64,000 nt of DNA from Thermoproteota archaeon (lineage in GTDB: Archaea > Thermoproteota > Thermoprotei_A > Sulfolobales > Ignisphaeraceae). Shown one piece after another: positions 37,911 to 47,607 of the stretch (position 1 is the stretch's first letter; each line of letters opens with the position of its first letter). The notes below the pieces were generated by a model, which saw only the letters and a program-made list of their open reading frames with translations, made no database searches and was not told the DNA's origin. Location: positions 320,001 through 384,000 of the forward strand of contig JAUQPB010000001.1 of the NCBI GenBank assembly GCA_030550585.1, written 5' to 3'. A program made the translations under genes and the position numbers.

Positions 37911-40900
37911 ATGCTTTTCACCTTGTCTAGTTCTGTTTCGTAAATCTTTGGAACAATCTTGCTACAAACCTCGTTGAAAAGCTCGTTTATCACTAGGGTG
38001 TAGTCTATTTCACCTTTTTCTATCTTTTCCATTTTTTCGTATAACAGTTTGGTTCTACTGGTTGAAACCATTTCTGCTATATCTGCTACAGCCCTCTCTA
38101 CTGATGCTTTAATCACCTTCTCAACATCCTCTTCTTTAACATCTCTAAATAGGAAGGGGTATCTATGGACAAACTTTTGGATAAATGCTACCACATCGTG
38201 TTTGCCCTCAGGGAAGTTGTTTCCAGCAAGCAGGCTGTATATTAGTATGCCTGTTAGTGATGGTACTAAATATTGGTTTTTGCCTATGACATAAACATAT
38301 CTTCTCTTCTGTATAGTATCTATGATTTTTGCGTATGTGCTTGGCCTTCCGATACCAACGTTCTTCATCCATCTTACTATATCTCCTTGTGTCGGCAACT
38401 TTACATCGCTTAGCTCGACCGATCTGACTTTGCTTGGCCTCAGTACTACATCGCCTCTTGGAAGTGGTACAATGGATATAGTAGAGTAGTATAGGAGGAA
38501 CCCAGGTTCGATGATGTTAGTTGGAACCTCTATCACTGTTTCCCATATTTTATTCTCCTTGTATAGTATTTCTACAGTGTATAGCGACTTTTCCACTACT
38601 GCAGGCTTCATCTGGCTTGCAATAAATCTTCTGAATATTAGGTCATAGAGCTTATAGTGCTTGTTTGTTAGGGGTGTTGGGGTCTCTATCACCCCTTCGA
38701 CTATGAGCTCTCTTAGCCTAGTAGCATCAACGGGTCTCGTGGGTCTTATCGCTTCGTGGGCTCCGCCCTCTCCCCAGCTTCTTGGTGCAAATACCTCACC
38801 AATTTTGTCGCCAAATTGTGTGCTCAGATATTCTTTGGCAACTCCTATACCTGTTGTAGAAACCCTTGTGCTATCGGTTCTGTGGTATGTTATGAAGCCC
38901 AGCTCGAAAAGGTTTTGGGCTATCTGCATAGCTTCAACAGAATTCATTCGTAGAATTCTTTGGGCTTCAGCCAACATCTCATCTGTTGTAAATGGCGGAG
39001 GTGGGTATATTATATCCTGGTGTGAGTGCTTATAGTGAAAAACAACAGTAATGTCTGATGCTCTTATGGTTTGATCTATATTCAGCTTTTTGAAGGCTTC
39101 CAACGGCACCTCGAACTGTAGATTAGAAACGCTTATAATTTTGCTACGTCTAAGAGTGTTCAATCTGTTTATTGCTGTTTCTATTATCCTTCCAAGCACG
39201 GGTGTCTGGACTCTTCCGGCGCTATACCTCTTGTCTAATGCCATAGCCTTGCTTATAGAGCTATAGAGCTTTGTGACGTATTCTGATAGGGAGAAGCCTA
39301 GCCATCTATCCTCAATTCTCCTAGCTATCTGGGCCTCGACAAGAGCTAGGTTTATCCCCCTCAAATTTTCGAGTGCTTGTAGAATAGCTCTTCTCGTCAC
39401 CTCATGGAACTCAGCCCTCTTAATGGTTTTTGCATATGGCGCTAATGCTACTGCAACGTCATATGCTATTTTCTCGCCCTCAGAATCGGGGTCTGTAGCT
39501 ATAATGACCTCGTCAACCTCTAAAGCAATCCTCTGAAGAGCCTCTACAACATCTTTAGATGATTTGAATTCAGAAGACCCGCAAACAGGGCATTTATCCC
39601 CTTTAACAAACTGGGTTCCACACGCCAAACACCTTTTTATGTAGTCGTATCTAGGGACAAAGAACTTTGCTCCTCCCTGCACCCTTTTCTCAACACCATA
39701 TACAGAATCCTGTGATAGCTCTTCTTCAACAAGTTCGAAGATGTGCCCCCCAGATGCTGTTATAAGGAGATGCAACCTGCCAACATCAACCTCATAAACT
39801 CTGATAGTGCCATAGTCTCTGGCTGTCGGTTTACCGAAGAATGATGCAATGGTTCTAGCCTTGTTTGGCGATTCGACTATGAATAGCGCTGTTTTTGTCA
39901 GCTCCTCTACTTTTGTTAGCAGGTTGCTGGGCATACTCCCGCTTTTTATCATTTTAACTATTCTTCTATCTTCATCAATTCTCTGTATCTCCTTTTCGAG
40001 ATCTACCTCACTGATTGGGTAGAACTTGAAGTCGTCTATGTAGAATCTAAGCCTTTTCTCCAATCCATTAACCAGTCTAAGATCGTCGGATATCACTATA
40101 GATAACCCTCTTGTTATACCACCTATGTACAGCCTTGATGTTCTTCCACTGGCTTGGATATATGTTGGAGCGTCTGGTAATAGCATGTAGAGTTGCGCCC
40201 CCTCTTCATATATCACAATCGAGGGGTTGTTCTTCAGCCTTTCAATTATCTCACGTTGTTTTAGTAGCGATGACACATAATCGTGTGTTTCGAGCAACGT
40301 TCTTACAAGCTCGCTTCTCTTCTCTTCGTGCACACCCTTCTCAATGGACTCAATAACCTCTTTAAGAATGGTTGGAGACACCCTTCTTACAATTCTTCTC
40401 AGCACTGTTATCTTGTTCATTACATTGTTCCTCTCCCTCTCATCGACAACCTCAAGCAGAACAGATAATACCCTCAGCAATGTTGTGGGATTGTACTCGA
40501 TTCTGGACAGAGAGATTTTGTGTCTTGGAACACCGAAGAATATGGCGTATCTTATAACCTCTGGCAAGTCAATGCCTCTAACAAGAAGGCCGTAGTATGT
40601 TGCTACACCTACAACAACATCTAGATTGCCTTCAATGAACTCCTTTAGGCTCTTGCTCTTCTTGCTGACAACAACATCGGCTTTTACTCCCCTGTTAACC
40701 AGTTCCTGGGCTAGTCTCTGGGCCTCTTCAATGCCTTTGTCTAGGGGTACAAAAACTAGTCCTCCGGGGCCAAGCCTCTTAATCGTGTTTGCCAATACCT
40801 CGACTGCCTGTTCATAGCTGCTTACACTGACATAAACATCGGCGATATTTCTGTATAGCTCGACGCTAGAACCTATGGTGAAGCCTAGAAGCTCTTTGAA

Positions 40901-41896
40901 CAGTCTTATCCTCCTTCCTCTAGCTCTTCCAGTAGCCGAGCTTACTACCAGGATGCCTACCTGCCTTCTCTTAGACGCTATATGTGCTTGGTATTTCTTC
41001 ACTAGCTCGTCTACTGGCACACCATCTTCTCTGCATTCTTCAGCCTTTTCCTTTTGCGATAGACAGCGCATCTGCCTTATTCTCAAGGTTGATAACTTGT
41101 ACCCTATCTGCATATCCTCTTGGGAAAAGCCTAGAAGCATCAAAACATATTCTACGGCTTTGCTACCCTTCATAATGGCATCCACATCGTCAACGAATAT
41201 GAAATTGAATGCAAAGCCTTTATCAACTAGAGGCTTGAAGACCCTATCGAAATTTCTCTGCAGATAGTTAGACGTTGTTATGAGTATATCGAAGTTACCA
41301 TCCTTTATAATCTCCTCCAGCTCTGCTTTTCTCTTTGGAGAAACCTTTGAGTGCATAGCTGCAATTGCAACAACAATACCCAGATTGTTTGCCAGTTCCT
41401 GAAGCCTCTTATAATAGTGTTCAACTAGAATAGATGTTGGGACAATGATATAAGCCTTCCTATTGTGTTTATATGCGAGAAATAGAGCCATAACCAAGCC
41501 AAATGTTGTTTTCCCCACACCAGTAGGGGCAATCATCGCAAAACTGCTTTTCTGGGCAATTCTAAAAGCCCAGCTTACCTGGAGATTCCAAGGATTGTTG
41601 CCAACAGCCTTTCTGAAAAAATCTATGAAGCTATTTACAAACTCCTCCATCTCTACAAGCTCCAACACCTTTTTAGAAGGGGAATGCAGATATTTAAGCA
41701 ACTCCTTGAATGAGGTCACCTTAACAATGCTACTAGTATTCATGCACTTCTCACATGCATTTCTATTCAAAATCCTGACATCGTCTATGGGACCAGAACA
41801 GTTGATACATAAACTCATATACCTTGTATGTGGCAGAAAATGGGTTTGCGAGAAGCCCTGCCCATACTCGATACGAACATTGCCAATAAAACTCAT
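37901..41896 (-). CDS. rgy: reverse gyrase
   Basis: N-terminal Zn finger, APTGVGKT, DDVD, RGIDLP, QASGRTSR, VESPNKA, DPDSEGE, ITYHRTDS, GIGRPSTY. Confidence 0.98.
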   Translation of the reverse strand: MSFIGNVRIEYGQGFSQTHFLPHTRYMSLCINCSGPIDDVRILNRNACEKCMNTSSIVKVTSFKELLKYLHSPSKKVLELVEMEEFVNSFIDFFRKAVGNNPWNLQVSWAFRIAQKSSFAMIAPTGVGKTTFGLVMALFLAYKHNRKAYIIVPTSILVEHYYKRLQELANNLGIVVAIAAMHSKVSPKRKAELEEIIKDGNFDILITTSNYLQRNFDRVFKPLVDKGFAFNFIFVDDVDAIMKGSKAVEYVLMLLGFSQEDMQIGYKLSTLRIRQMRCLSQKEKAEECREDGVPVDELVKKYQAHIASKRRQVGILVVSSATGRARGRRIRLFKELLGFTIGSSVELYRNIADVYVSVSSYEQAVEVLANTIKRLGPGGLVFVPLDKGIEEAQRLAQELVNRGVKADVVVSKKSKSLKEFIEGNLDVVVGVATYYGLLVRGIDLPEVIRYAIFFGVPRHKISLSRIEYNPTTLLRVLSVLLEVVDERERNNVMNKITVLRRIVRRVSPTILKEVIESIEKGVHEEKRSELVRTLLETHDYVSSLLKQREIIERLKNNPSIVIYEEGAQLYMLLPDAPTYIQASGRTSRLYIGGITRGLSIVISDDLRLVNGLEKRLRFYIDDFKFYPISEVDLEKEIQRIDEDRRIVKMIKSGSMPSNLLTKVEELTKTALFIVESPNKARTIASFFGKPTARDYGTIRVYEVDVGRLHLLITASGGHIFELVEEELSQDSVYGVEKRVQGGAKFFVPRYDYIKRCLACGTQFVKGDKCPVCGSSEFKSSKDVVEALQRIALEVDEVIIATDPDSEGEKIAYDVAVALAPYAKTIKRAEFHEVTRRAILQALENLRGINLALVEAQIARRIEDRWLGFSLSEYVTKLYSSISKAMALDKRYSAGRVQTPVLGRIIETAINRLNTLRRSKIISVSNLQFEVPLEAFKKLNIDQTIRASDITVVFHYKHSHQDIIYPPPPFTTDEMLAEAQRILRMNSVEAMQIAQNLFELGFITYHRTDSTRVSTTGIGVAKEYLSTQFGDKIGEVFAPRSWGEGGAHEAIRPTRPVDATRLRELIVEGVIETPTPLTNKHYKLYDLIFRRFIASQMKPAVVEKSLYTVEILYKENKIWETVIEVPTNIIEPGFLLYYSTISIVPLPRGDVVLRPSKVRSVELSDVKLPTQGDIVRWMKNVGIGRPSTYAKIIDTIQKRRYVYVIGKNQYLVPSLTGILIYSLLAGNNFPEGKHDVVAFIQKFVHRYPFLFRDVKEEDVEKVIKASVERAVADIAEMVSTSRTKLLYEKMEKIEKGEIDYTLVINELFNEVCSKIVPKIYETELDKVKSICS

Positions 41897-41970
41897 TCAA
41901 CCACCTTACATAATCGGAATCCGCTCACCAAGTTATTAATTTTTAATAACCAGATCTGCCATTGACGATC

Positions 41971-42019
41971 TCAGCGAAGAGAAGTCTCATCATATTTCAG
42001 GAGACCGTCGTATCATCAC
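41971..42019 (-). ncRNA. C/D box sRNA
   Basis: GTGATGA-tacgacggtctc-CTGA-aat-ATGATGA-gacttctcttcg-CTGA; four consensus boxes, 12-nt guides. Confidence 0.92.
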
Positions 42020-42081
42020 AAAAACATATATGCTTACCCATTTCACTATGTATATCACGGGGAATAAAAGACTTATAAGAT

Positions 42082-42130
42082 ATGATGACCCCAGCGAACC
42101 TGAGACAATGATGACACCTGTCTCACCTGA
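42082..42130 (+). ncRNA. C/D box sRNA
   Basis: ATGATGA-ccccagcgaac-CTGA-gaca-ATGATGA-cacctgtctcac-CTGA; four consensus boxes. Confidence 0.92.
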
Positions 42131-42486
42131 ACACCAACACATGCTCAGCTATCTCCATATGGATATAGCAAACACATACTCAACCCACATGCACAGAAAT
42201 AAAAACAAGTTTATTAAGTATTACCTAAGAACAATACAGCTCACCACCCCAGAGTTGGAGACGTCATTAGGTTGCATCCTTTGGAAAAGAGGTTATGGTA
42301 TATGATTCAATATATTTAGCATTAATAAGAGGGTTAGTGGAGTTTTCATAACATAAAGGAACTTCTCAATAAGATAAAAATTTTGATTCATCGCCAGTAA
42401 ATCTTTATAGTTGATTCACCCGGTTTATCAGCAATGCCAATATCTCTTTAGATGGGTTTTATGTTCTTACAATTTCTCTATGATTG

Positions 42487-42909
42487 TTAAAGTGTTGTTA
42501 TTATAGTATTTGTATCCTCTCCCACACCTTCCAGAAACTTTATGAGTGCAACATCTAATGTTAGAAACTGTAGTTTATTTTCATGGGCTATAGCATATAG
42601 TAGCAGATCTACTAGATCGTTGAATCCCTTCTTTCTAAGCTCAAGCGTTTTGACTATTGATGTGCTTGTTAGGGGCACTTTAATGAAGTTTCTTTCGATG
42701 CTCATCAGCCCCTTCATAACAATGTCTGGCTCGTAGCGGTTTTACTTAGTTTCCATGCTATTTCTAGGAGATTCAGCTCTGTGTGGTAGACTTCAACCTT
42801 ACCTTTTCTAACATAGTCCACAGACTCTCCAACAGTTTTCAACATCCTTAACACTAATCCCAACTATGGGTAGTAGAAAGGATGTGTCAAGAAGTATTCT
42901 TATCTCCAA
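42487..42909 (-). pseudogene. vapC: PIN/VapC toxin, frameshifted
   Basis: RILLDTSFLLP..., ELNLLEIAWK and ...DLVDLLLYA...FLTLD are separated by frameshifts. Confidence 0.8.
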
Positions 42910-43138
42910 GCCTCCTCTGCTCCTCCTCACTAATACTCTCAATCTCTTCAATTGTTGTCTCAGCGAATTTGGATCCTTTCAATGCAAGCCAGAATGGATC
43001 TGGTATTGGGGTTGCAACAAGCTTGTTACCCCCAACCCTAAGCTCCAGATAAGCCTCCTCGCCAATCCCAAGATTCTCAGCAATATCCTTAGGTATGTAA
43101 ATAGTATTCTTCTTACTAACCCTAACAACCCTACCCAT
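42887..43138 (-). CDS. AbrB/MazE-type antitoxin
   Basis: VRVSKKNTIYIPK.IAE.LGI.E; overlaps the toxin start. Confidence 0.85.
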   Translation of the reverse strand: MGRVVRVSKKNTIYIPKDIAENLGIGEEAYLELRVGGNKLVATPIPDPFWLALKGSKFAETTIEEIESISEEEQRRLGDKNTS

Positions 43139-43433
43139 AAACACCTAGCCTACTACAATAAACCTAGACTAATAAAACCTTGCTGAGATGGAAACATTAA
43201 GTCGAGTACCCATAGACAATAAAATACATGTTAGGGTTGCTTACTAACACATATTTGTAGCACCATTCCACTTAGCTCTTTTTGTATATTTTTGTATAGA
43301 AGCTCTAGTATAATTTAGATTGGATCTTCTCCTTAGTTTCTCAACAGACCTCAGTAGCTTATAAAATTTTAAATTTATAAGTTTGACAAAAAGTTGTTTT
43401 ACTTTGGTATTATGCATCTTATTCGGTGATGCT

Positions 43434-43709
43434 ATGGATTTTATTAATGTTGTTATAGAGATGATATTGCTTATCTATATTATAGCTTTAATTCTATATG
43501 TGGTTAGGCTTGTCAAAGGGTTCACAATATTTGATAAAGTCATAGCTGTTGATGCAGCAAGCTACGATTTGATAGTATTTATGTCGTTGATAGCTTTATA
43601 CACAGGGAACTACTATATGGCGACACCCATGATTTTGCTAGCTCTATGGGCATTTGCACTGGATTTGTATATATCTAAACTTGTTGAATATGGTGATGTT
43701 GGGGGCTGA
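43434..43709 (+). CDS. mnhF: Mrp/Mnh antiporter subunit F (MbhB-like)
   Basis: RLVKG.TIFDKVIAVD, 3 TMs; GGTGA RBS before ATG 43434. Confidence 0.85.
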   Translation: MDFINVVIEMILLIYIIALILYVVRLVKGFTIFDKVIAVDAASYDLIVFMSLIALYTGNYYMATPMILLALWAFALDLYISKLVEYGDVGG

Positions 43710-43710
43710 C

Positions 43711-44076
43711 ATGTCTTTCTACTGGGTAGAAAAAATTATTGAGATACTGGGTCTTATATTCATATCCGCTGGGGCATTCTTTGAATTTGTAGCTGCCATA
43801 GGCTTTTTTAGAATGCCAAACTTCTATACAAGGGTACATGCTCTTACAATTGGGGCTGTGGGGGGAACAGTTCTACCTTTAATCGGTGTAGCACTACTGG
43901 CAATATCTAAAGTAGGGGCAGATCCATCGAGACTATACCTAGCAACACTATGTATTATATCGGCTATTATAATTCTTATAGTAGCACCTACAGGAAGTCA
44001 TGCTTTGGTAAGATCTGCCTATATTCATAGCAAACAACGTAGAGAAGAGTATAGGGAGTCTGTGGTGGGATCATGA
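43711..44076 (+). CDS. mnhG: Mrp/Mnh antiporter subunit G (MbhC-like)
   Basis: RMPNFYTRVHA, APTGSHAL. Confidence 0.9.
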   Translation: MSFYWVEKIIEILGLIFISAGAFFEFVAAIGFFRMPNFYTRVHALTIGAVGGTVLPLIGVALLAISKVGADPSRLYLATLCIISAIIILIVAPTGSHALVRSAYIHSKQRREEYRESVVGS

Positions 44077-44345
44077 TTATTCTATTTACATTGATTTTGA
44101 TTGCCTCTTTGCTGTCAACTGTTATGGCATATCTTGCTGTAATTGAGAAGAGAATTCTTTACTCAGTCATATATTTATCGTTTTTAAGTGTCTGCTACTC
44201 GCTAATCTACTTTGCATTAATGGCTCCAGATGTTGTATTGACGTATATACCCATAGCAACTATTCTCCAGCCATTCATTATACTTAGTGTTATAGCTAAA
44301 ACAAGTAGAAAGAGGTTTTCAAATCATGGTCACGACAAACACTAG
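44073..44345 (+). CDS. DUF4040 / MbhD-like membrane subunit
   Basis: 3 TMs, LMAPDV. Confidence 0.8.
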   Translation: MIILFTLILIASLLSTVMAYLAVIEKRILYSVIYLSFLSVCYSLIYFALMAPDVVLTYIPIATILQPFIILSVIAKTSRKRFSNHGHDKH

Positions 44346-45129
44346 AAAAGTTATGCTAATATTCATGCCTTTGGGGGTCATAATAACATCGCTCATTACC
44401 GTTGTAATTGCTGGGGGCATTGGTTTTCCCCCACATAGAGATCTTAGAGATCTCGGAAAAGCATTTATAGCTAACAGCTACAACATCTGGAACAAAACGC
44501 TAACCTCATACTCTCTCAATGTTGTTTCAGCTATTATATGGGATTATAGAGGAGTTGATACACTACTTGAAACAGCTGTTCTATTTGCTGCTGTCACGGG
44601 TTTGGCAGCGATTTTCAGAAATGTTAAAGAGATGTTTCTGGGTGAGTATAGGGGGCTTAGCACCATAGTTAAAATATCAGCTAAGCTAATCGTAATATTG
44701 ACTGCCATAGCCTCTATATCAATTGTGGTTTGTGGACACCTAACCCCTGGAGGAGGATTCCAGGGCGGTTCAACACTAGCAGCAATAACAACACTCATAA
44801 TCGTTGCTTATTCCATTGAGGCTATGTATAGAAAGAAAATCACCTTGGGTAAAATCTTAAAGCTTAGGTATAGCGCTTTTGCAATTCTCTTACTAGTGGC
44901 GATAACACCTGTTGCATATGGTCTATTCAGTCAAGTTAAGACATACTATCTCCAAAACTCTGTCAAAGAAGATTCGTGGTTTTCAATGCCTACAAGCTTT
45001 TTTGGAACGCCTTTAGGCGGCTCAATATTTTTCTTCAACTTGGTGGAGTACATAGTTGTGGCATCTTCAATCGCCTTTATAGTTATGTTGTTATCGATGA
45101 GGCTAAGAGAGCTTGGGCTAGAAGACTAG
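44326..45129 (+). CDS. mnhB: Mrp/Mnh subunit B (MbhE+F-like)
   Basis: NVVSAIIWDYRGVDTLLE, GHLTPGGGFQGG. Confidence 0.9.
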   Translation: MVTTNTRKVMLIFMPLGVIITSLITVVIAGGIGFPPHRDLRDLGKAFIANSYNIWNKTLTSYSLNVVSAIIWDYRGVDTLLETAVLFAAVTGLAAIFRNVKEMFLGEYRGLSTIVKISAKLIVILTAIASISIVVCGHLTPGGGFQGGSTLAAITTLIIVAYSIEAMYRKKITLGKILKLRYSAFAILLLVAITPVAYGLFSQVKTYYLQNSVKEDSWFSMPTSFFGTPLGGSIFFFNLVEYIVVASSIAFIVMLLSMRLRELGLED

Positions 45130-45138
45130 GGGTAGGCT

Positions 45139-45555
45139 ATGGAGCTAGCCACACTAATCTTTACAACAACTACATTTGCACTTTTAGCCAATTTAATTAT
45201 AGCTGTTTATGGAATTTTCATGGATAAATCGCTTTTGAAGAAGGTGATAGCTCTTGCAATATTTTCTGACACTCTAGCCGTTTTCGCTATACTGATAGGA
45301 TTTAGAGTTCCACAAACGCCAGGCTTTCCAAAACCCCCGATATATCCATCAGCTCCTGAAACAGTAGAAGAGATAAATAAATTCATTCTACAGAGTGTTG
45401 ATCCCGTTCCACAAGCATTTGTCATAACAGCTATTGTGATTAACCTAGCTATTTTTTCACTTCTAACAGGTTTTGTGATTCAGCATTATAAACACTTTGG
45501 GTCTATGAATATTAGCCTAGTTGAAAAAGAGGAGATTGTAGATGAAGTTTACTAG
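45139..45555 (+). CDS. mnhC: Mrp/Mnh subunit C (MbhG-like)
   Basis: KKVIAL, DPVPQAFVITAIVI. Confidence 0.9.
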   Translation: MELATLIFTTTTFALLANLIIAVYGIFMDKSLLKKVIALAIFSDTLAVFAILIGFRVPQTPGFPKPPIYPSAPETVEEINKFILQSVDPVPQAFVITAIVINLAIFSLLTGFVIQHYKHFGSMNISLVEKEEIVDEVY

Positions 45556-46045
45556 AATTGTGATAATATTCGTTCTATTCTTCTTGTTCTACATAGGCTT
45601 TTCGGGACTTGTAAACGAGTTGACAGTGTTTACGGGTCTAGTCACGGCTACAGTATCTGTGCTTTTCATAGAGATTCTAAATCTGATCAAATTTGACTTA
45701 GGTTCGAACATCTTGAAACGTTTTGTATATGCCCTCAAATACTTAAAGACATTTGTTGTAGCTGAGGTTGTTGAGCATTTGAAGGTAACTAAAATCATTC
45801 TTAGCAGAAAACTTGCTATAAATCCTGCTATTGTTGAAATTCCCACATCTCTAAAATCCGATTTAGCTATAACCATTGCAGCCCTTACAATAACTAATAC
45901 GCCTGGGACTATAGCTGTCGACTTCGATAAAGATAATAATGTTTTGTATGTTCACTGGTTAAACCAAGAGGCCTTTGAAATAAATAAGATCAAAAGCTTG
46001 GTTTTGGGTGATTTAGAGGAGACTATAAAGAATATGATTGAATGA
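45542..46045 (+). CDS. mnhE: Mrp/Mnh subunit E (MbhA-like)
   Basis: INPAIV, ITNTPGT, LYVHW. Confidence 0.9.
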   Translation: MKFTRIVIIFVLFFLFYIGFSGLVNELTVFTGLVTATVSVLFIEILNLIKFDLGSNILKRFVYALKYLKTFVVAEVVEHLKVTKIILSRKLAINPAIVEIPTSLKSDLAITIAALTITNTPGTIAVDFDKDNNVLYVHWLNQEAFEINKIKSLVLGDLEETIKNMIE

Positions 46046-46051
46046 TGGACC

Positions 46052-47584
46052 ATGATTTCAGCTAGTATTGTAATTAACTACCTCTTAGCCTCTGTGTCAG
46101 CAGCTCTCCTAGGCATTTCAAGATACGGCAAGAAATTTCTCGATTCTGTAGCTGTTTCTATGGCTATACTAGGCTTGGCAATGTCTATTGCTCTAATGTT
46201 GAATTCATATAGAAATAGTGTAGAGGTGTATACATTTGGGGGCTTTAGACCCCCTTTGGGTATTGTCTACTATGCTGATTTCATTAACTCTATACTATCA
46301 CTCCTATCATCTTTTGCAACAATTATCAGCATTGTTGTAGCATATATAACCATGGACTACAATACCAGAAAATATTTTTATCCACTAGCATTTTTATTGG
46401 CTACAGGAGCGCAGGGGTTCATATTCTCTGGAGATCTATTTCACTTGTATGTTTCTACAGAGCTTGTAGCTATCTCCTCTTATGCTCTAACAGGTCTCTA
46501 TAGCAATAAGAGAAACTGTGTTAGAGCTGCGATAATCTATGGAATTACTGGAACAGCGATTACGAATTTCCTTCTCTTAGCAGTAGTGCTTATCTATGGT
46601 TCTTATGGAACTGTCAATATGGCTGACATAGCGTTAAAGTCTATGAATCCAGAAGCTACAACACCGTTTTCGGGTAGGGTCTTCGGCGATATACTCCATT
46701 CGTCTACGGTAGCCCTAGCTATAATGACATGGGTTTTCCTATTCAAATCAGGTATAATGCCTAACCATTTCTGGCTTCCACGAGTGTATAGAGCAGCTCC
46801 TATAGCAAGCATAATTCTTTTTTCATCTTCGGCTGACATCTTAGGTGTCTACGGCATTCTAAGGTTATATCACATAGCATTTAGTTGCAGAAGTGTGATA
46901 GCTACATTCAGACAGACAATGTTGTCTATGCTAACACCGCTTTCTCTAACGTCAGCTCTCTTCTCATCTCTTTTAACAGCAAGGCAAACCACATTTAGGG
47001 GAATTGTAGCTTACAGCACCATAGCTCAGCTAAGCCTTGCTCTATCTGGGACAGTCCTAGGCGTGCCAGAACTTGTTGCTGGGGGAATCCTCCACATGGT
47101 CGCAAATGCATTGGGAGATACATCTGTGCTTCTCGGTTATGCAGTTCATGCAAAGGCATGTGGTAAAAAATTGCATATTTTATCAAAAGTTTTGGTGGCT
47201 ACAGGTTTGCTCAATCTATTTGGCGTCATCCCAGTAGTACCAGGCTTTTGGAGCAAGGCACTAATGGTTTGGGGGTTCGTTGAAGAAGGGGTTCTTGCTG
47301 GGGCAGTAATAGTGCTTATATCAACTGGTTTATGTGCTATAGGATACCTCAAATTGATACTAAGATTTTTCCATATGGAAGATGTGAAAAGCGATTTAGG
47401 GATGGTAGCTAAATGCACAACGAAGATGCAATGGACTCTAGCCACAGTAGCAAGTCTTCTGATAGCTGTTGTCATAGGCGTTGGCTTAGCGTTGATCTCT
47501 GTCCCCAAATTGATCAACATATTTCTAGACCTTACATCAAATAGTATTGATGTGTTGACCTACATATCAAATGTTTTACCCTAA
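46052..47584 (+). CDS. mnhD: Mrp/Mnh subunit D-like antiporter subunit (divergent)
   Basis: GG..PPLGI, GDLF.LYV..E, YGTVNMAD, FKSG..P.HFWLP, GFWSK. Confidence 0.85.
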   Translation: MISASIVINYLLASVSAALLGISRYGKKFLDSVAVSMAILGLAMSIALMLNSYRNSVEVYTFGGFRPPLGIVYYADFINSILSLLSSFATIISIVVAYITMDYNTRKYFYPLAFLLATGAQGFIFSGDLFHLYVSTELVAISSYALTGLYSNKRNCVRAAIIYGITGTAITNFLLLAVVLIYGSYGTVNMADIALKSMNPEATTPFSGRVFGDILHSSTVALAIMTWVFLFKSGIMPNHFWLPRVYRAAPIASIILFSSSADILGVYGILRLYHIAFSCRSVIATFRQTMLSMLTPLSLTSALFSSLLTARQTTFRGIVAYSTIAQLSLALSGTVLGVPELVAGGILHMVANALGDTSVLLGYAVHAKACGKKLHILSKVLVATGLLNLFGVIPVVPGFWSKALMVWGFVEEGVLAGAVIVLISTGLCAIGYLKLILRFFHMEDVKSDLGMVAKCTTKMQWTLATVASLLIAVVIGVGLALISVPKLINIFLDLTSNSIDVLTYISNVLP

Positions 47585-47607
47585 GAGACATCAATGAGGT
47601 ATCTAAA

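Noticed and set aside
37901-41896. Possible intein in the long reverse gyrase
   Set aside because: No C/S...HN-C/S/T splice junction or LAGLIDADG motif; the extra length comes from short inserts
42030-42305. 91-aa ORF
   Set aside because: Overlaps a consensus C/D sRNA and has no protein-like features; likely spurious
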